This document shows positions 36,085 to 45,598 of a DNA stretch of 64,000 bases, one piece after another; positions within the stretch are counted from its first letter, which is position 1, and every line of letters starts with the position of its first letter. The DNA lies in NCBI GenBank assembly GCA_044344255.1, contig JBIJDH010000001.1, positions 256,001-320,000 of the forward strand, written 5' to 3'. This DNA comes from Myxococcota bacterium (lineage in GTDB: Bacteria; Myxococcota_A; UBA796; UBA2385). The position numbers and the translations under genes are program-made. The notes below the pieces were generated by a model. That model saw only the letters and a list, made by a program, of their open reading frames with translations, was not told the origin of the DNA and did not search any database.

Positions 36085-37161
36085 ATGAAGCCCTGCACCC
36101 CCGCGGCCGAGGCCTCCGCCGAGCGCGCGGCCCGCCGCACGTCGCGTAAGGAGGCGAACCCCCTCTGGAAGGGCGGGCGCTTCGCCAACCCCTCCGGGAA
36201 GGGGCCGAACATGGACCTCATCGGCGGGGTGGGCGTGGCCTCCGAGATGATGAAGTCGAAGGCCCAGCGGCGGCCCCCCTTCACCCTGCCGCTGGTCTCA
36301 CCGCTCGACGACTGGCGGCGGCAACCCTCCACCGGCCTCCGCTCCACCTGGCTCGGTCACTCCACGGTGCTGCTCGAGGTAGACGGGGCGCGCATCCTCA
36401 CCGATCCCGTCTGGTCGCAGCGGGCGAGCCCCTCGCAGCTCGTCGGGCCGCGGCGCTTCCACCCGCCCCCGGTGGCGATCGAGGCGCTGCCGCCCCTGCA
36501 CGCCATCCTCGTCAGCCACGACCACTACGACCACCTCGACGCCGAGGCCGTCGGCCGCCTCGCCGCCACCCAGTCCTGCCCCTTCTTCACGGCGCTGGGC
36601 GTGGGGGCGCACCTCGAGCGCTTCGGCGTGCCCCCCGAGCGCATCGTCGAGCTCGAGTGGTGGCAGGACGCCGAGATCCCCGGCACCGACGTGGGCATCA
36701 CCGCCGCGCCAGCCCAGCACTTCTCCGGCCGCGGCCCGCTCGACCGTAACGCCACCCTCTGGGCCAGCTACGCCTTCATCGGCCCGCGCCACCGGGTCTT
36801 CTTCTCCGGCGACACCGGCCTCGAGCCCGCCTTCGAGGAGGTGGCCCGCCGCCTCGGGCCCTTTGACCTCACGCTCCTCGAGATCGGCGCCTTCCACACC
36901 GCCTGGGGCGACATCCACCTCGGCCCCTGGCAGGCCCAGGAGGCGCTCAAGGCCCTCGGCGGGAGCCCGCTGCTGCCCGTACACTGGAGCACCTTCGACC
37001 TCGCGATCCACGCCTGGGACGAGCCCATCCAGGTGCTCGCGGAGGCCGCGGGGGCCGGCAAGCTCGCCCTCATCGCCCCCCGCATCGGCGAGGTGCGCGA
37101 CCTCGGCGACGAGGCGATGGCCCGGCGGCAGCTCGACCCCTGGTGGCGGGCCGCCGGCTGA
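36085..37161 (+). CDS. MBL-fold metallohydrolase (RomA/NAPE-PLD-like)
   Basis: WLGHST, SHDHYDHLD, PAQHFSGR, SGDTG and PVHWSTF motifs. Confidence 0.9.
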   Translation: MKPCTPAAEASAERAARRTSRKEANPLWKGGRFANPSGKGPNMDLIGGVGVASEMMKSKAQRRPPFTLPLVSPLDDWRRQPSTGLRSTWLGHSTVLLEVDGARILTDPVWSQRASPSQLVGPRRFHPPPVAIEALPPLHAILVSHDHYDHLDAEAVGRLAATQSCPFFTALGVGAHLERFGVPPERIVELEWWQDAEIPGTDVGITAAPAQHFSGRGPLDRNATLWASYAFIGPRHRVFFSGDTGLEPAFEEVARRLGPFDLTLLEIGAFHTAWGDIHLGPWQAQEALKALGGSPLLPVHWSTFDLAIHAWDEPIQVLAEAAGAGKLALIAPRIGEVRDLGDEAMARRQLDPWWRAAG

Positions 37162-37173
37162 TCCGTCGGGGCG

Positions 37174-38706
37174 CTACCGCCGGCGCCGAGCCCCGAGGAG
37201 GCCGACGAGCAGGAGCCCCGCCCCGAGGGGCGCCGCGCCGCGGGTGCCCGAGGCGCCGCAGCCGCAGCCCGCCTTGCCGGAGGCCGCCTCGCCGCCCCCC
37301 GCGGCCTCGGCGGGGGCGTCGCGGAGGTAGCGGTAGCCCGTGACCACCCGGGGCTCCCCCTCGACGAGCCACTGCGCCCGCACCCGCAGGCCCGCCGCGG
37401 GCGCGTCAAAGCGGCGCGCGCTCTCGAAGGGATCGGCGTCCACGTCGAGCTCCTCGACCACGGCGCCGTCTACGATCCACTGGAGGCGCCCCCCCGGGCC
37501 ACCGGTGACGGTGGCGGTGAGCCCGCTGGAGTCGGGGATGTCCTCCCCTGCGGCGGGCTCGGCGTCGGCGGAGAGGTCAAGGAAGGGGTCGCCCGGGCCC
37601 TGGAGCTGGATGACGGTGCGCCCGGCGCGGAGGCCCTCGAGGATGCCCGCCTCATCGAGCTGCTCGGCCCAGACCCAGGTGGTGGGGCTGCCGATGGGGC
37701 TGCCGGTGGCCCCCTCATCCTCGCCGGCCTTGTGGTCGTCGCTGCCGCCCACGGGCGTCACCCGGTGGCCGAGGTCGAGCCAGGACTCCCAGAGCGCCAC
37801 GTTGTCCTCGAAGAAGAGCTTGCCGACCGGGGCCCAGCCCCCGGTGATGAGCTCGATGCCCCCCACGGCGGCGGGGTCCAGGGGCTGCTCCCAGGCGCAG
37901 CCGATACAGAGCTCCCCGAGGTCGAGGCTCGGGTGGTTGACCACCAGGAAGGCCCCCTGGGCCGAGATCGCCGCCGCCGCCGCCTCGATGGTGGCGCCGT
38001 CGAGCCCGACGCGGTGGTTGACCCACTCGGTCGCCCCCACGGCACCGGCGTGCCCGTCGTAGGTGGTGAACTCGATGCCGGGGAGGAAGAGGAGCTCCGG
38101 CCAGCGGGCCTGGGCGGCCACGAGCAGGGCGTCCTGGGAGACGGTGTTGTGGTCGCTGATCACCACGAAGTCGAGGCCGTTCTCCACGGCCTCGGCGCCG
38201 ATCTCGTCGAGGGTGGGGCTGGCGTCGCCGCTGTCGCGGGAGTGGACGTGCAGGTCACCCGCGAACCAGCCGGGCCCGCTCTGGAGGGGGGCCGCCGCGA
38301 CGTAGGGCTCCCGGCCGGCCTCGGGGGCGAGGGTGGCGGCGGTGCGGAGCGTCACGGTGACGGCGTAGGTCGCCGGTCGCTCGGTCACCTTCGCCTTGCC
38401 GACGACCACATTCCAGGTGCCCGCGGGCATGGGGCCCGGCAGGTAGCTCCGCGAGGCCGCCTCGAGGCCCACCACGGCGGGCTCGCTGTTGCCGCCGCCC
38501 CAGCCCCGGAAGCCGTCGGGGTCATCGAGGCCCCAGTCGAGGATGTTCTCGCTCGAGAGGTCATCATGGGCGACCTCGATCTCCACCACCCCCGAGGGCA
38601 CCTCGAAGGGCAGGAGGAAGTGGTCGGGCCCGCCCTCGGGGACCTCGCCCTCGAGGGTGAGCACGGTGTCGTCAGCGCGGGCGAAGGAGCAGAGGAGGAG
38701 CCACAT
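37174..38706 (-). CDS. PHP-domain CehA/McbA family metallohydrolase with MYXO-CTERM tail
   Basis: GDLHVHS..SGD, ISDHN, VNHP and GGSDDH motifs; GCGC-TM-RRRR tail. Confidence 0.85.
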   Translation of the reverse strand: MWLLLCSFARADDTVLTLEGEVPEGGPDHFLLPFEVPSGVVEIEVAHDDLSSENILDWGLDDPDGFRGWGGGNSEPAVVGLEAASRSYLPGPMPAGTWNVVVGKAKVTERPATYAVTVTLRTAATLAPEAGREPYVAAAPLQSGPGWFAGDLHVHSRDSGDASPTLDEIGAEAVENGLDFVVISDHNTVSQDALLVAAQARWPELLFLPGIEFTTYDGHAGAVGATEWVNHRVGLDGATIEAAAAAISAQGAFLVVNHPSLDLGELCIGCAWEQPLDPAAVGGIELITGGWAPVGKLFFEDNVALWESWLDLGHRVTPVGGSDDHKAGEDEGATGSPIGSPTTWVWAEQLDEAGILEGLRAGRTVIQLQGPGDPFLDLSADAEPAAGEDIPDSSGLTATVTGGPGGRLQWIVDGAVVEELDVDADPFESARRFDAPAAGLRVRAQWLVEGEPRVVTGYRYLRDAPAEAAGGGEAASGKAGCGCGASGTRGAAPLGAGLLLVGLLGARRRR

Positions 38707-38738
38707 GGCGCCAGCCTAACCGGCGGTGGGAGGGGGTC

Positions 38739-39374
38739 TCAGGCCCCGCCTTCAGACCCGTCCGGGCCGGCTCCGGTGCCGCCGCGGGCGCTGGGGCTCT
38801 CGTCGTCCTCGACGTCATCGAAGAGGTCCGCGATGAGCAGCTCGATGGCCTCAAAGGGCTCGGCGCGGACCAGGGCCTCCCGACCGCGGTCAAGCACGAC
38901 GCGGTAGCCGAGCTCCGCCCAGCGGTGCACCCGCAGCGCCTCGCGAGCGGAGTCGAGGATCCAATAGTGGGGGATCGCGGCCTCGTGGTAGATGCGCACC
39001 TTGTCGAGGAGATCGACCACCGCGTTCGACCGGGAGAGGACCTCACAGACCCAGTCGGGCCGCACCCGGCACGGGAACGTGTCGGGGAGGCGGGGGAGCC
39101 GCTCGCGGCGCCACCCGGCGACGTCGGAGCGGACGATGGTGTCGGGTCCAAGCTGGATCTCGCACTCGCTGGCGAAGCGCCAGCCCCCCGGGCCCCGCGG
39201 CCCGCCTGGGCGCCGACGAAAGGGCCCGAGCGCCTCGCCCACCGCGAGCTGGCTGGCGCCGTGTCGCGCCACCGGGAGCGCCTTCCGCACGAGCTCGCCC
39301 GCGAGGAGCTCGTGGTGACGCTCCCCCTCGGGGATGGCGAAGAGGTCGGCCGGCGTGGCGTAGGGGGTCTTCAA
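38739..39374 (-). CDS. Uma2 family PD-(D/E)xK endonuclease
   Basis: HELLAGEL, DVAGWRRER, PDWVCEVLS, DK..Y..AAIPHYWILD motifs. Confidence 0.9.
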   Translation of the reverse strand: MKTPYATPADLFAIPEGERHHELLAGELVRKALPVARHGASQLAVGEALGPFRRRPGGPRGPGGWRFASECEIQLGPDTIVRSDVAGWRRERLPRLPDTFPCRVRPDWVCEVLSRSNAVVDLLDKVRIYHEAAIPHYWILDSAREALRVHRWAELGYRVVLDRGREALVRAEPFEAIELLIADLFDDVEDDESPSARGGTGAGPDGSEGGA

Positions 39375-39401
39375 GGCAGTGCTGGACCTGCCCGCAGGCT
39401 A

Positions 39402-40508
39402 TCACCCGCCCAGGCCAGGACCCAGCGACCCGCGCCGCCCCCCGGGGGCTCCGCCCTTCACCGCCTCGAGGGCGTGGCAGCGGTAGACGTGGCTGCTCCG
39501 CAGGTGGCGGTGTAGGACCCACTCGAGCCCGTCCACGTCCTGTTCGAGCGAGAAGGCGAGCTCGGGGGCGAAGGCGGGCAGCTCACCGCGGAGGAGGGCG
39601 CGCAGCGCGGCGGCGGGATCGAGATCCTCCGCCGTGGCGCGCACCGCCTCCCCGAGGCGGGCCCCCGGCGGTGTGCAGCGCGGTGACCAGTCGTAGGGGC
39701 TCGACAGGGCGAGGCGCCCCCCGGGCCTCAGCACGGCGTTCATCTGCCGGAGGAAGGTGACCGGCGCGCCGAGGTTGTCGAGCACGTGGTAGGCCATCAC
39801 CCCGTCAAAGGTCTCGGCGGCGAAGGGCGGGTCCAAGAGGTCGGCGGCGAGGATCAAGGCGCGGGCGGGGTCCAGCCCCAGAGGCCGCTCGATCTCCATC
39901 GGCACGAAGTCCCCTCCCCCGTTCCGCCAGCCCGGCACCGTCACCCGGCCCTCCCGGAGCAGGCGGGAGAGGCCGCGGAGCGCCCCGAGGTCGGTGTCGA
40001 CCGCGATGACCCGCGCGCCGAGCGACAGGGCCGAGAGCGTGGCCGGCCCGAAGCCGCAGCCGGCGTCGAGCAGGAGGGGGTCCTGCGCGCGGTCGATCCA
40101 GGCGGCCCGGCGCGCGGCATAGTGCCGCTCGGCGGGGCAGGCGGGGCCCTCCGAGAGGCTGCGGCCATAGATGGCGAGCATCTGCCGGTGCCAGTTCGGG
40201 TCCTCCTCCTCGGTCCAGGCGCCGCGCAGCCAGTGCTCGAGGGCGGGGTGGAGGTCAGCCCGCCACAGGAGGGGGCGCTCCTGCTGGCGGAGATAGCTGG
40301 CGGTGTCCTTCAAGATCACGGCCACCCCGTCGACCACCGGGTAGCGGGCGCCGCAGGCGGGGCAGCGGAGCAGGGCCTCGGTGATGACGCCGCCCTGCTC
40401 GGCGAAGACGGCGTCGAGCCCGAGGGGGGCGCTGTGGTAGACGCCGCTCCGGGGGCCGCGGCAGGCGGGGCAGCAGAGGAGGGACTGAGAGAGGGCGGCC
40501 GAGAGCAT
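39402..40508 (-). CDS. methyltransferase with Trm112-like Zn-ribbon N-terminus
   Basis: LCCPAC...LRCPACGARYPVVDGV; LLDAGCGFG; LSSPYDW. Confidence 0.8.
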   Translation of the reverse strand: MLSAALSQSLLCCPACRGPRSGVYHSAPLGLDAVFAEQGGVITEALLRCPACGARYPVVDGVAVILKDTASYLRQQERPLLWRADLHPALEHWLRGAWTEEEDPNWHRQMLAIYGRSLSEGPACPAERHYAARRAAWIDRAQDPLLLDAGCGFGPATLSALSLGARVIAVDTDLGALRGLSRLLREGRVTVPGWRNGGGDFVPMEIERPLGLDPARALILAADLLDPPFAAETFDGVMAYHVLDNLGAPVTFLRQMNAVLRPGGRLALSSPYDWSPRCTPPGARLGEAVRATAEDLDPAAALRALLRGELPAFAPELAFSLEQDVDGLEWVLHRHLRSSHVYRCHALEAVKGGAPGGRRGSLGPGLGG

Positions 40509-40542
40509 GGGGGGAGTGTAGCGGGTCGGCGTGGAGGTCGGC
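40464..40542. repeat. imperfect direct repeat, copy A (promoter and 5' end of the methyltransferase gene)
   Basis: Core 40494-40526 matches 41203-41235 at 31 of 33 bp; flanking blocks AGAGGAGGGACTG and AGGTCGGC are also shared. Confidence 0.85.
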
Positions 40543-40652
40543 ATCGACCTACGGGGCCGTCGGTTCGCCCTTCGGGGCCGGCCGCCCGGGCAGGGAGCGC
40601 CATCTCCCCCATCGGAGAAGGGAGGTCAACGTAGGAGCTAACGCGGCTTCAG

Positions 40653-40701
40653 CCTCCCCCATCCTATGGGGGAGGTGCCGCCGCATCGGCGGCGGAGGGG
40701 G
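40653..40701 (-). repeat. REP/RPE-like double-hairpin element
   Basis: Minus strand reads CCCCCTCC-GCCGCCG(ATG)CGGCGGC-A-CCTCCCCCAT(AGG)ATGGGGGAGG. Confidence 0.65.
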
Positions 40702-40773
40702 ACGCTGGAGCGTCGTCGAGGGTGTCGGGCAGGTTGGCATGAGCGACTCGCTCCATGCGAGCGCCACACCCCC

Positions 40774-40923
40774 TCAGCCTCGAGCGGCTTGGGCGTGGTT
40801 GCGGGCGGCGAGGCGCCGAAGGTACTCGACGCCCTCGCTCCAATGGTCCGCACGGAGCCGTGTCGTGACCGTCGTCTTTCCCGCGCCGTTCGGCCCTGCG
40901 ATGACGAGCAGGGCCGGGTTCAC
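40774..40923 (-). pseudogene. truncated zeta-toxin-like P-loop kinase (49 aa stump)
   Basis: GTGA-coupled to the upstream small gene; VNPALLVIAGPNGAGKTT...EGVEYL, then unrelated sequence and a stop. Confidence 0.75.
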
Positions 40924-41120
40924 GAGACCGGGCTCGCCAGCCACTCGGCGGCGAAGCGCGCCCGTGCTTCCACCTGGAGCCGCTCGATCCGGACCCGCAT
41001 CTCCCGAAGGCTCTCTTCGCGCGCATCGCGGAGCCCCGCGAAGGCGTCGTGCATCAAGCGAGCCAGATCGTCGTCAGACGGCTCGTAGTCGGGGTCTGCG
41101 AGGTTGGTGCGGGCGGACAT
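40920..41120 (-). CDS. small helical protein, probable antitoxin of the zeta-like toxin
   Basis: 66 aa MSARTNLADPDYEPSDDDLARLM...; position and coupling typical of a TA pair. Confidence 0.6.
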   Translation of the reverse strand: MSARTNLADPDYEPSDDDLARLMHDAFAGLRDAREESLREMRVRIERLQVEARARFAAEWLASPVS

Positions 41121-41159
41121 CGCTCGGCCATCGCGCAAGGAGCCTTCCATCGCCACGAG

Positions 41160-41255
41160 GGCGGGGTGGAGAGGAGGGACTGCGGGGAACGGACCGGGGG
41201 AAGGCGGCCGAGAGCATGACGGGAGTGTAGCGGGTGGGGATTGTCGCAGGTCGGC
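41160..41255. repeat. imperfect direct repeat, copy B
   Basis: Matches copy A; retains TACACT-N6-ATG CTC TCG GCC GCC but then diverges by an insertion. Confidence 0.85.
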
Positions 41256-41280
41256 GGGGGCCGGCGGAGGGGACCTGCGG

Positions 41281-44200
41281 TCAGGCGTCTTCCAATCCAT
41301 GCAGGAGGGTGAGCGCCCAGGCGGTGTCGATGAACCGGGTGGAAGTCTCCCCAGCACCTTCCAGGTAACGGACCCGGTTCACCCGAGGCTCGTCAAGAAT
41401 GCCGGGCCGCGTGGCCAAGTCGTCTTTCGCGACAAGTACCCAAGCGAGGTCCACGAGCGAGATGGTGCGTTCCTTGAATCCTCCAGCTCCGCCGTCGATG
41501 CGCAGCCCACCTCGTGGTGCCCGGCCAATGACCCGACACCGTCGGCCACGAGACTCAATGATGCGGCCAGCCCCCTCGGCGAGCACACGAGCGACCGCAC
41601 TGTCAGCCCGCGCGAGATCCTCCTTCCGGAGCGTGCGCGAGACCCCGCGTGCGGAGGAGAGCGACCGCCAGCTCTCCAGGTTGAGCGCGGGGAAAGCCCA
41701 GCGCCCTTCGGCAAGGAGCCAACGCCCCACCCCGGCGTATCGCCAGCTCCCAACACTCTCCGGTGCCGGGGAGGCGACCGCGGTGAAGACGAAGGCGGTC
41801 TCGGCCGGGTGGCGCACTTCCCCGATCGGCAGGGCCCGATCGGGAGCGGCGAGCTGGCCGGGCTCGGAGAGGAGGATGAAGAGGTGGCCGTCTACCCGGG
41901 AGGCACCAGGGCGGGGGGTGGAGGACAGGCCGAAGGCCTCGACCAGCGCCGCCTCATCCATGACCTTGCCCTCTTCGGGCGCGAGAGACTCGGGAGTGAA
42001 GACCTGGACGAGGCGGGCCAGCGGCTCCGCACCCTCCGCCGGGCGGTCGGCCACCGCCGGATTGTCCGACCGCAGCACCCAGCCTCCATCCACGTTCACG
42101 AGACGCTTGAGATAGTATTCATGGGCCTCGTCGCCGGCCTCGCCGACCGCCACCAGGGCTACCTGCCCCTCCAGCGCCGAGAGACCCTGGCCACGGGCCC
42201 AACGGAGCAGCACCCAGTCGCCATCCCGAATGGGGCGCTTGCCGCCGTCCATCGAGTCGCCGAAGGCACGCACCGCTAAGAGCTCGGGGTCGGGCCGGAC
42301 GCCCGGCAGGCTCACCCACTCGGCCTCGAGCGCGGCCTGCCAGTCGTTCTGTCGCCCCGCCGCCGCCCGTAGGGAGGGCCAGGCCACCACGCGCCCGCGG
42401 GCGGGCAGCTCGACCACCTGGCCCTCGACCGGCTCCATCCACCAGCCGTCGGGAGAGGGGCGGAAACGAACCCGAAAGCCCGTGCCCGAGTTGCCGGCCA
42501 CATCGCCGAACCAGCTCCGAAGCAGGCCGGGGAGGAGGTTCTGGTCGCGCCCGGGGCGGCGGGCCACGTTCACTGCGATCTTGACGAAATTGAGGTGCCA
42601 GACCTCGCCATCGGGGAGCCGTACGTCGGTCCAGCCCACCGGCAGGGCCTCCCGCGCCTGCCCGTCGGGGAGCTTCAGCATGGGCCCCTGGTAGTTATGA
42701 ATGACCTTGACCTCGACGGCCCCTGAGCCGGGATCGACCACGAGGCGGCGTCGGAGCTGGGCGAGGCGCAGATCGACCAGCTCCCGCACCATTTCGGTGA
42801 AGGCCAACCCGAACGAAGTGCCCTCCACGTCCGCCGGCAGGCGAACCTTCGCCGCCACTTGCCCGGCCTCCACCCGGAGGCCGCTGTTCCACTCCGAGCG
42901 GGGTCGCTGCTCCCAGGCCGCCCGCCACGCTTCGGGGTGGTCGAGGGCCGCCCGGTCGGCCTCCGCCAACAGTCCGTGCAGGCGGGCGTCCAAACGGAGG
43001 CGCTGCCGCAGCCCTTCGGCCAGCGCCGAGAGCGACAGGCCGGAGAGCAGGTGCCCGCCATCGAGGAGCAATTCGAGCACGAGGGGCCGATAGGGACCGC
43101 GGAGGGGGGCGGCCTCGAGATCGGTGAGCCAAGGGCCAACAGCGGTGAGCACAGCCCTCTCGGAGTCGGTCAGGTCGCCCATCCGGTCTACGAAGTGGAA
43201 CCAGCCCCCATGCCCGCGGCGCACCGTGGCGGGGTTGAGCCCCCGCCGGAGGAGCTCTCCCGCGGTGGGTCGCTCGCCGCGGGCCGCCCGCAGCTCCCGA
43301 TAGACCCGCTCCACCTCGTCGGAGCCCACGCGGGGCAGGAAGTGACGGAGGAGGTCTATGGCCTCCGTCTCGATGTGCAGGGAGCAGCCAGGAGGGAGGG
43401 TGGCGGCCCCATCGTCGTACAGGAAGGCATGGAGGGGTGTAGACGGGCCCCCCGCCCCCTCCCCCGCTCCACCGCCGAGGCCGAGCAGCGTGCGCAGGCG
43501 GTTGAGGAAGACATGGTGGTTGCCCACGAAGTCGATGACCGTGAGGATGGACTTGCCGGCGAGGGTGCGAAGGCCGCGGCCGAGCTGCTGGAGGAAGACC
43601 ACCGGTGACTCGGTGGGCCGGAGCAGCACCACGCGGTCAATGCTGGGGCAGTCGATGCCTTCATTGAACAGGTCGACCGCACAAAGGGCGTCGAGCCGCC
43701 CCGCCGCGAGCGCCTCCAGGCCGGCCCCGCGGTCATGGGAGCCGGCGCCGCTGTGTACCGCCTCGGCGCGCACGCCCCGGGCCTTTAACCAGTCGCGCGT
43801 GAAGTCCGCGTGGGCGATCGAGACGCAGAAGACGAGGCTTCGCTGGCCGGCCTGGGCAGGGTCGGTCCAGGCGCGCCAGAGGGTCTCCATTCGGGCCTGG
43901 GTCTCCACCCGCCGACTGAGCTCGACCACGTCGAAGCGGCCGTTCTTCCACGGGAGGTTGGCGTAGTCTACCGTGTCTTTCAGGCCGAAGTACCGAAAGG
44001 GCACAAGCAGCCCGCGGGCGATGCCCAGGCCGAGGTCACAACGATAGACGAGGTTATCGTCGAAGAGGGCCGCCACATCCCCATCATCGGCGCGCTCCGG
44101 CGTGGCGGTGAGGCCGAGGAGGAAACGCGGCCGCAAGTGGTCGAGGATACGCCGATAGGAACGGGCGGCGGCGTGGTGTACTTCGTCGACCACCACGCAG

Positions 44201-45525
44201 TCGAAGTCGTCGGGCCGGAAGCCCTGGAGGTGTTCGGGGCGGGACAGGGTCTGCACCGACGCGAAGAGCAGACGCCAGTCCCCCGTCGGTCGTTTCCCGT
44301 CACCGAGCCAGGCCACCCCCGCATCAAAGCCGCAGGCCCGAAAGGTGCCCGCAGCCTGCTCCAGAAGCTCTCGCAGGTGAGCGAGCACGAGCACCCGCAG
44401 CGGGCGGCCGAGCTCCTTCTCGATGGCCTGGAGGTCGAAGGCGGCGAGCCAGGTCTTTCCGAGCCCCGTCGCCAGAACCACGAGTGCATGGCCCACCCCG
44501 GCGGCACGGCTCCGCGCCAGGGCGGCGAGGGCCTCCACCTGCACCGCGTTCGGGGTGACCGGCGCGCGGGTGAGCGGCAGCGGTTCCTCGTCCAGGTCGG
44601 CCCCCGGCGCCATTCCGTCCGGGCCCCTCCCGAGCGTGGGTCGGGGCCGGAGCGCATAGGCGGCGATCCAGGCCTCGTCGATGGGGTGGGCCTGCGCCCA
44701 GAGCGCTTCGAACGAGGCCCCGATACGGGCCCAGGCCTGTGGGTCACGCGCGCGGTCTACGCGCAGGTTCCACTCGACACCGTCAAGCAGGGCCGAACGC
44801 GACAGGTTGCTACTGCCCACGTAGGCCACCCCGAAGCCGGGGCCCTCGACCACCCAGGCCTTCGGGTGAAAGGCACGACGGATCTTCGCCGCCTCGACCA
44901 CCCGGGTCTCCAGCACACCGGGCACCCGCTCCCCACCGGCTTCGTCCTCCTCCTCGTCGGCCCCCGCCGCGAGAGCTCGGGACTGGTTGAGCAGCCCCTG
45001 GAGGGCGAATGGCGAGGTGATGTTGAGGTAGTCCCCCGTGAGCAGGCGCACCTGCCCGCCCCGCCGGAACAGGCCACGGAAGGGCCCGAGCACGAGGTCG
45101 AGGCCACTGATCTGGGTGAAGGCGGCGAGCACGTCTACCCGCGTGGCCTGCACCAAGGCCGGGAGCAGAGCGGGGAAAAGCGCATTCGGCGGTTGACCGT
45201 CGGTGAGCGGCTCCGGCAGGGCGTTCCAGCGCGGGATGACGTGCACACAGAGGCGCAGGGGATCGGGACTTGCATGTGGATCGAGTTCGAGGGCCACCGT
45301 GCAGCCTTCGGCGCCGAGATCCTCCCGGAACCGCCGCCGAAGCGCCGCAGCCAGCTCCCCCATCGCCTCCTCCTCCTCTCCGGTCGCGTCCTCCAGGAGC
45401 CTGAAGGCTCGCCGCGGAAGGATGAGGCAATGCCCCGCAGCGACCGGCATGTGCGCAGGGATGGCGAAGGCGAGATCGTTCGAGAGCAGCGGCTGGGCGG
45501 CGAAGGCGGAGGATGAAAGGGGCAA
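41281..45525 (-). CDS. multidomain degenerate HIT - PLD nuclease - SF2 (DEAH) helicase - S24 LexA-like peptidase protein
   Basis: GHCLILPRR...VHVIPR (HIT); FHPKAW...VGSSNLS (PLD); ATGLGKT, DEVHH, TATPER, QQLGRGLR (SF2); LRAAAG...GDSM...LKRL (S24). Start uncertain (TTG 45525). Confidence 0.88.
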   Translation of the reverse strand: MPLSSSAFAAQPLLSNDLAFAIPAHMPVAAGHCLILPRRAFRLLEDATGEEEEAMGELAAALRRRFREDLGAEGCTVALELDPHASPDPLRLCVHVIPRWNALPEPLTDGQPPNALFPALLPALVQATRVDVLAAFTQISGLDLVLGPFRGLFRRGGQVRLLTGDYLNITSPFALQGLLNQSRALAAGADEEEDEAGGERVPGVLETRVVEAAKIRRAFHPKAWVVEGPGFGVAYVGSSNLSRSALLDGVEWNLRVDRARDPQAWARIGASFEALWAQAHPIDEAWIAAYALRPRPTLGRGPDGMAPGADLDEEPLPLTRAPVTPNAVQVEALAALARSRAAGVGHALVVLATGLGKTWLAAFDLQAIEKELGRPLRVLVLAHLRELLEQAAGTFRACGFDAGVAWLGDGKRPTGDWRLLFASVQTLSRPEHLQGFRPDDFDCVVVDEVHHAAARSYRRILDHLRPRFLLGLTATPERADDGDVAALFDDNLVYRCDLGLGIARGLLVPFRYFGLKDTVDYANLPWKNGRFDVVELSRRVETQARMETLWRAWTDPAQAGQRSLVFCVSIAHADFTRDWLKARGVRAEAVHSGAGSHDRGAGLEALAAGRLDALCAVDLFNEGIDCPSIDRVVLLRPTESPVVFLQQLGRGLRTLAGKSILTVIDFVGNHHVFLNRLRTLLGLGGGAGEGAGGPSTPLHAFLYDDGAATLPPGCSLHIETEAIDLLRHFLPRVGSDEVERVYRELRAARGERPTAGELLRRGLNPATVRRGHGGWFHFVDRMGDLTDSERAVLTAVGPWLTDLEAAPLRGPYRPLVLELLLDGGHLLSGLSLSALAEGLRQRLRLDARLHGLLAEADRAALDHPEAWRAAWEQRPRSEWNSGLRVEAGQVAAKVRLPADVEGTSFGLAFTEMVRELVDLRLAQLRRRLVVDPGSGAVEVKVIHNYQGPMLKLPDGQAREALPVGWTDVRLPDGEVWHLNFVKIAVNVARRPGRDQNLLPGLLRSWFGDVAGNSGTGFRVRFRPSPDGWWMEPVEGQVVELPARGRVVAWPSLRAAAGRQNDWQAALEAEWVSLPGVRPDPELLAVRAFGDSMDGGKRPIRDGDWVLLRWARGQGLSALEGQVALVAVGEAGDEAHEYYLKRLVNVDGGWVLRSDNPAVADRPAEGAEPLARLVQVFTPESLAPEEGKVMDEAALVEAFGLSSTPRPGASRVDGHLFILLSEPGQLAAPDRALPIGEVRHPAETAFVFTAVASPAPESVGSWRYAGVGRWLLAEGRWAFPALNLESWRSLSSARGVSRTLRKEDLARADSAVARVLAEGAGRIIESRGRRCRVIGRAPRGGLRIDGGAGGFKERTISLVDLAWVLVAKDDLATRPGILDEPRVNRVRYLEGAGETSTRFIDTAWALTLLHGLEDA

Positions 45526-45598
45526 TGGGGCCTCAGTCGGAGAGAGGGAGAATAGACTGGGCGGCCCGAGGGCCCCGCGAAGCCGGGCATCCGCCCGA

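Noticed and set aside
38739..40508. Uma2 nuclease + methyltransferase as a restriction-modification pair
   Set aside because: The methyltransferase lacks DNA MTase catalytic motifs (DPPY/NPPY in context, or PC) and looks like a small-molecule or protein MTase; Uma2 genes are common stand-alone paralogues.
40464..41255. Diversity-generating retroelement TR/VR pair
   Set aside because: Differences are indels and non-adenine-specific changes, and there is no reverse transcriptase.
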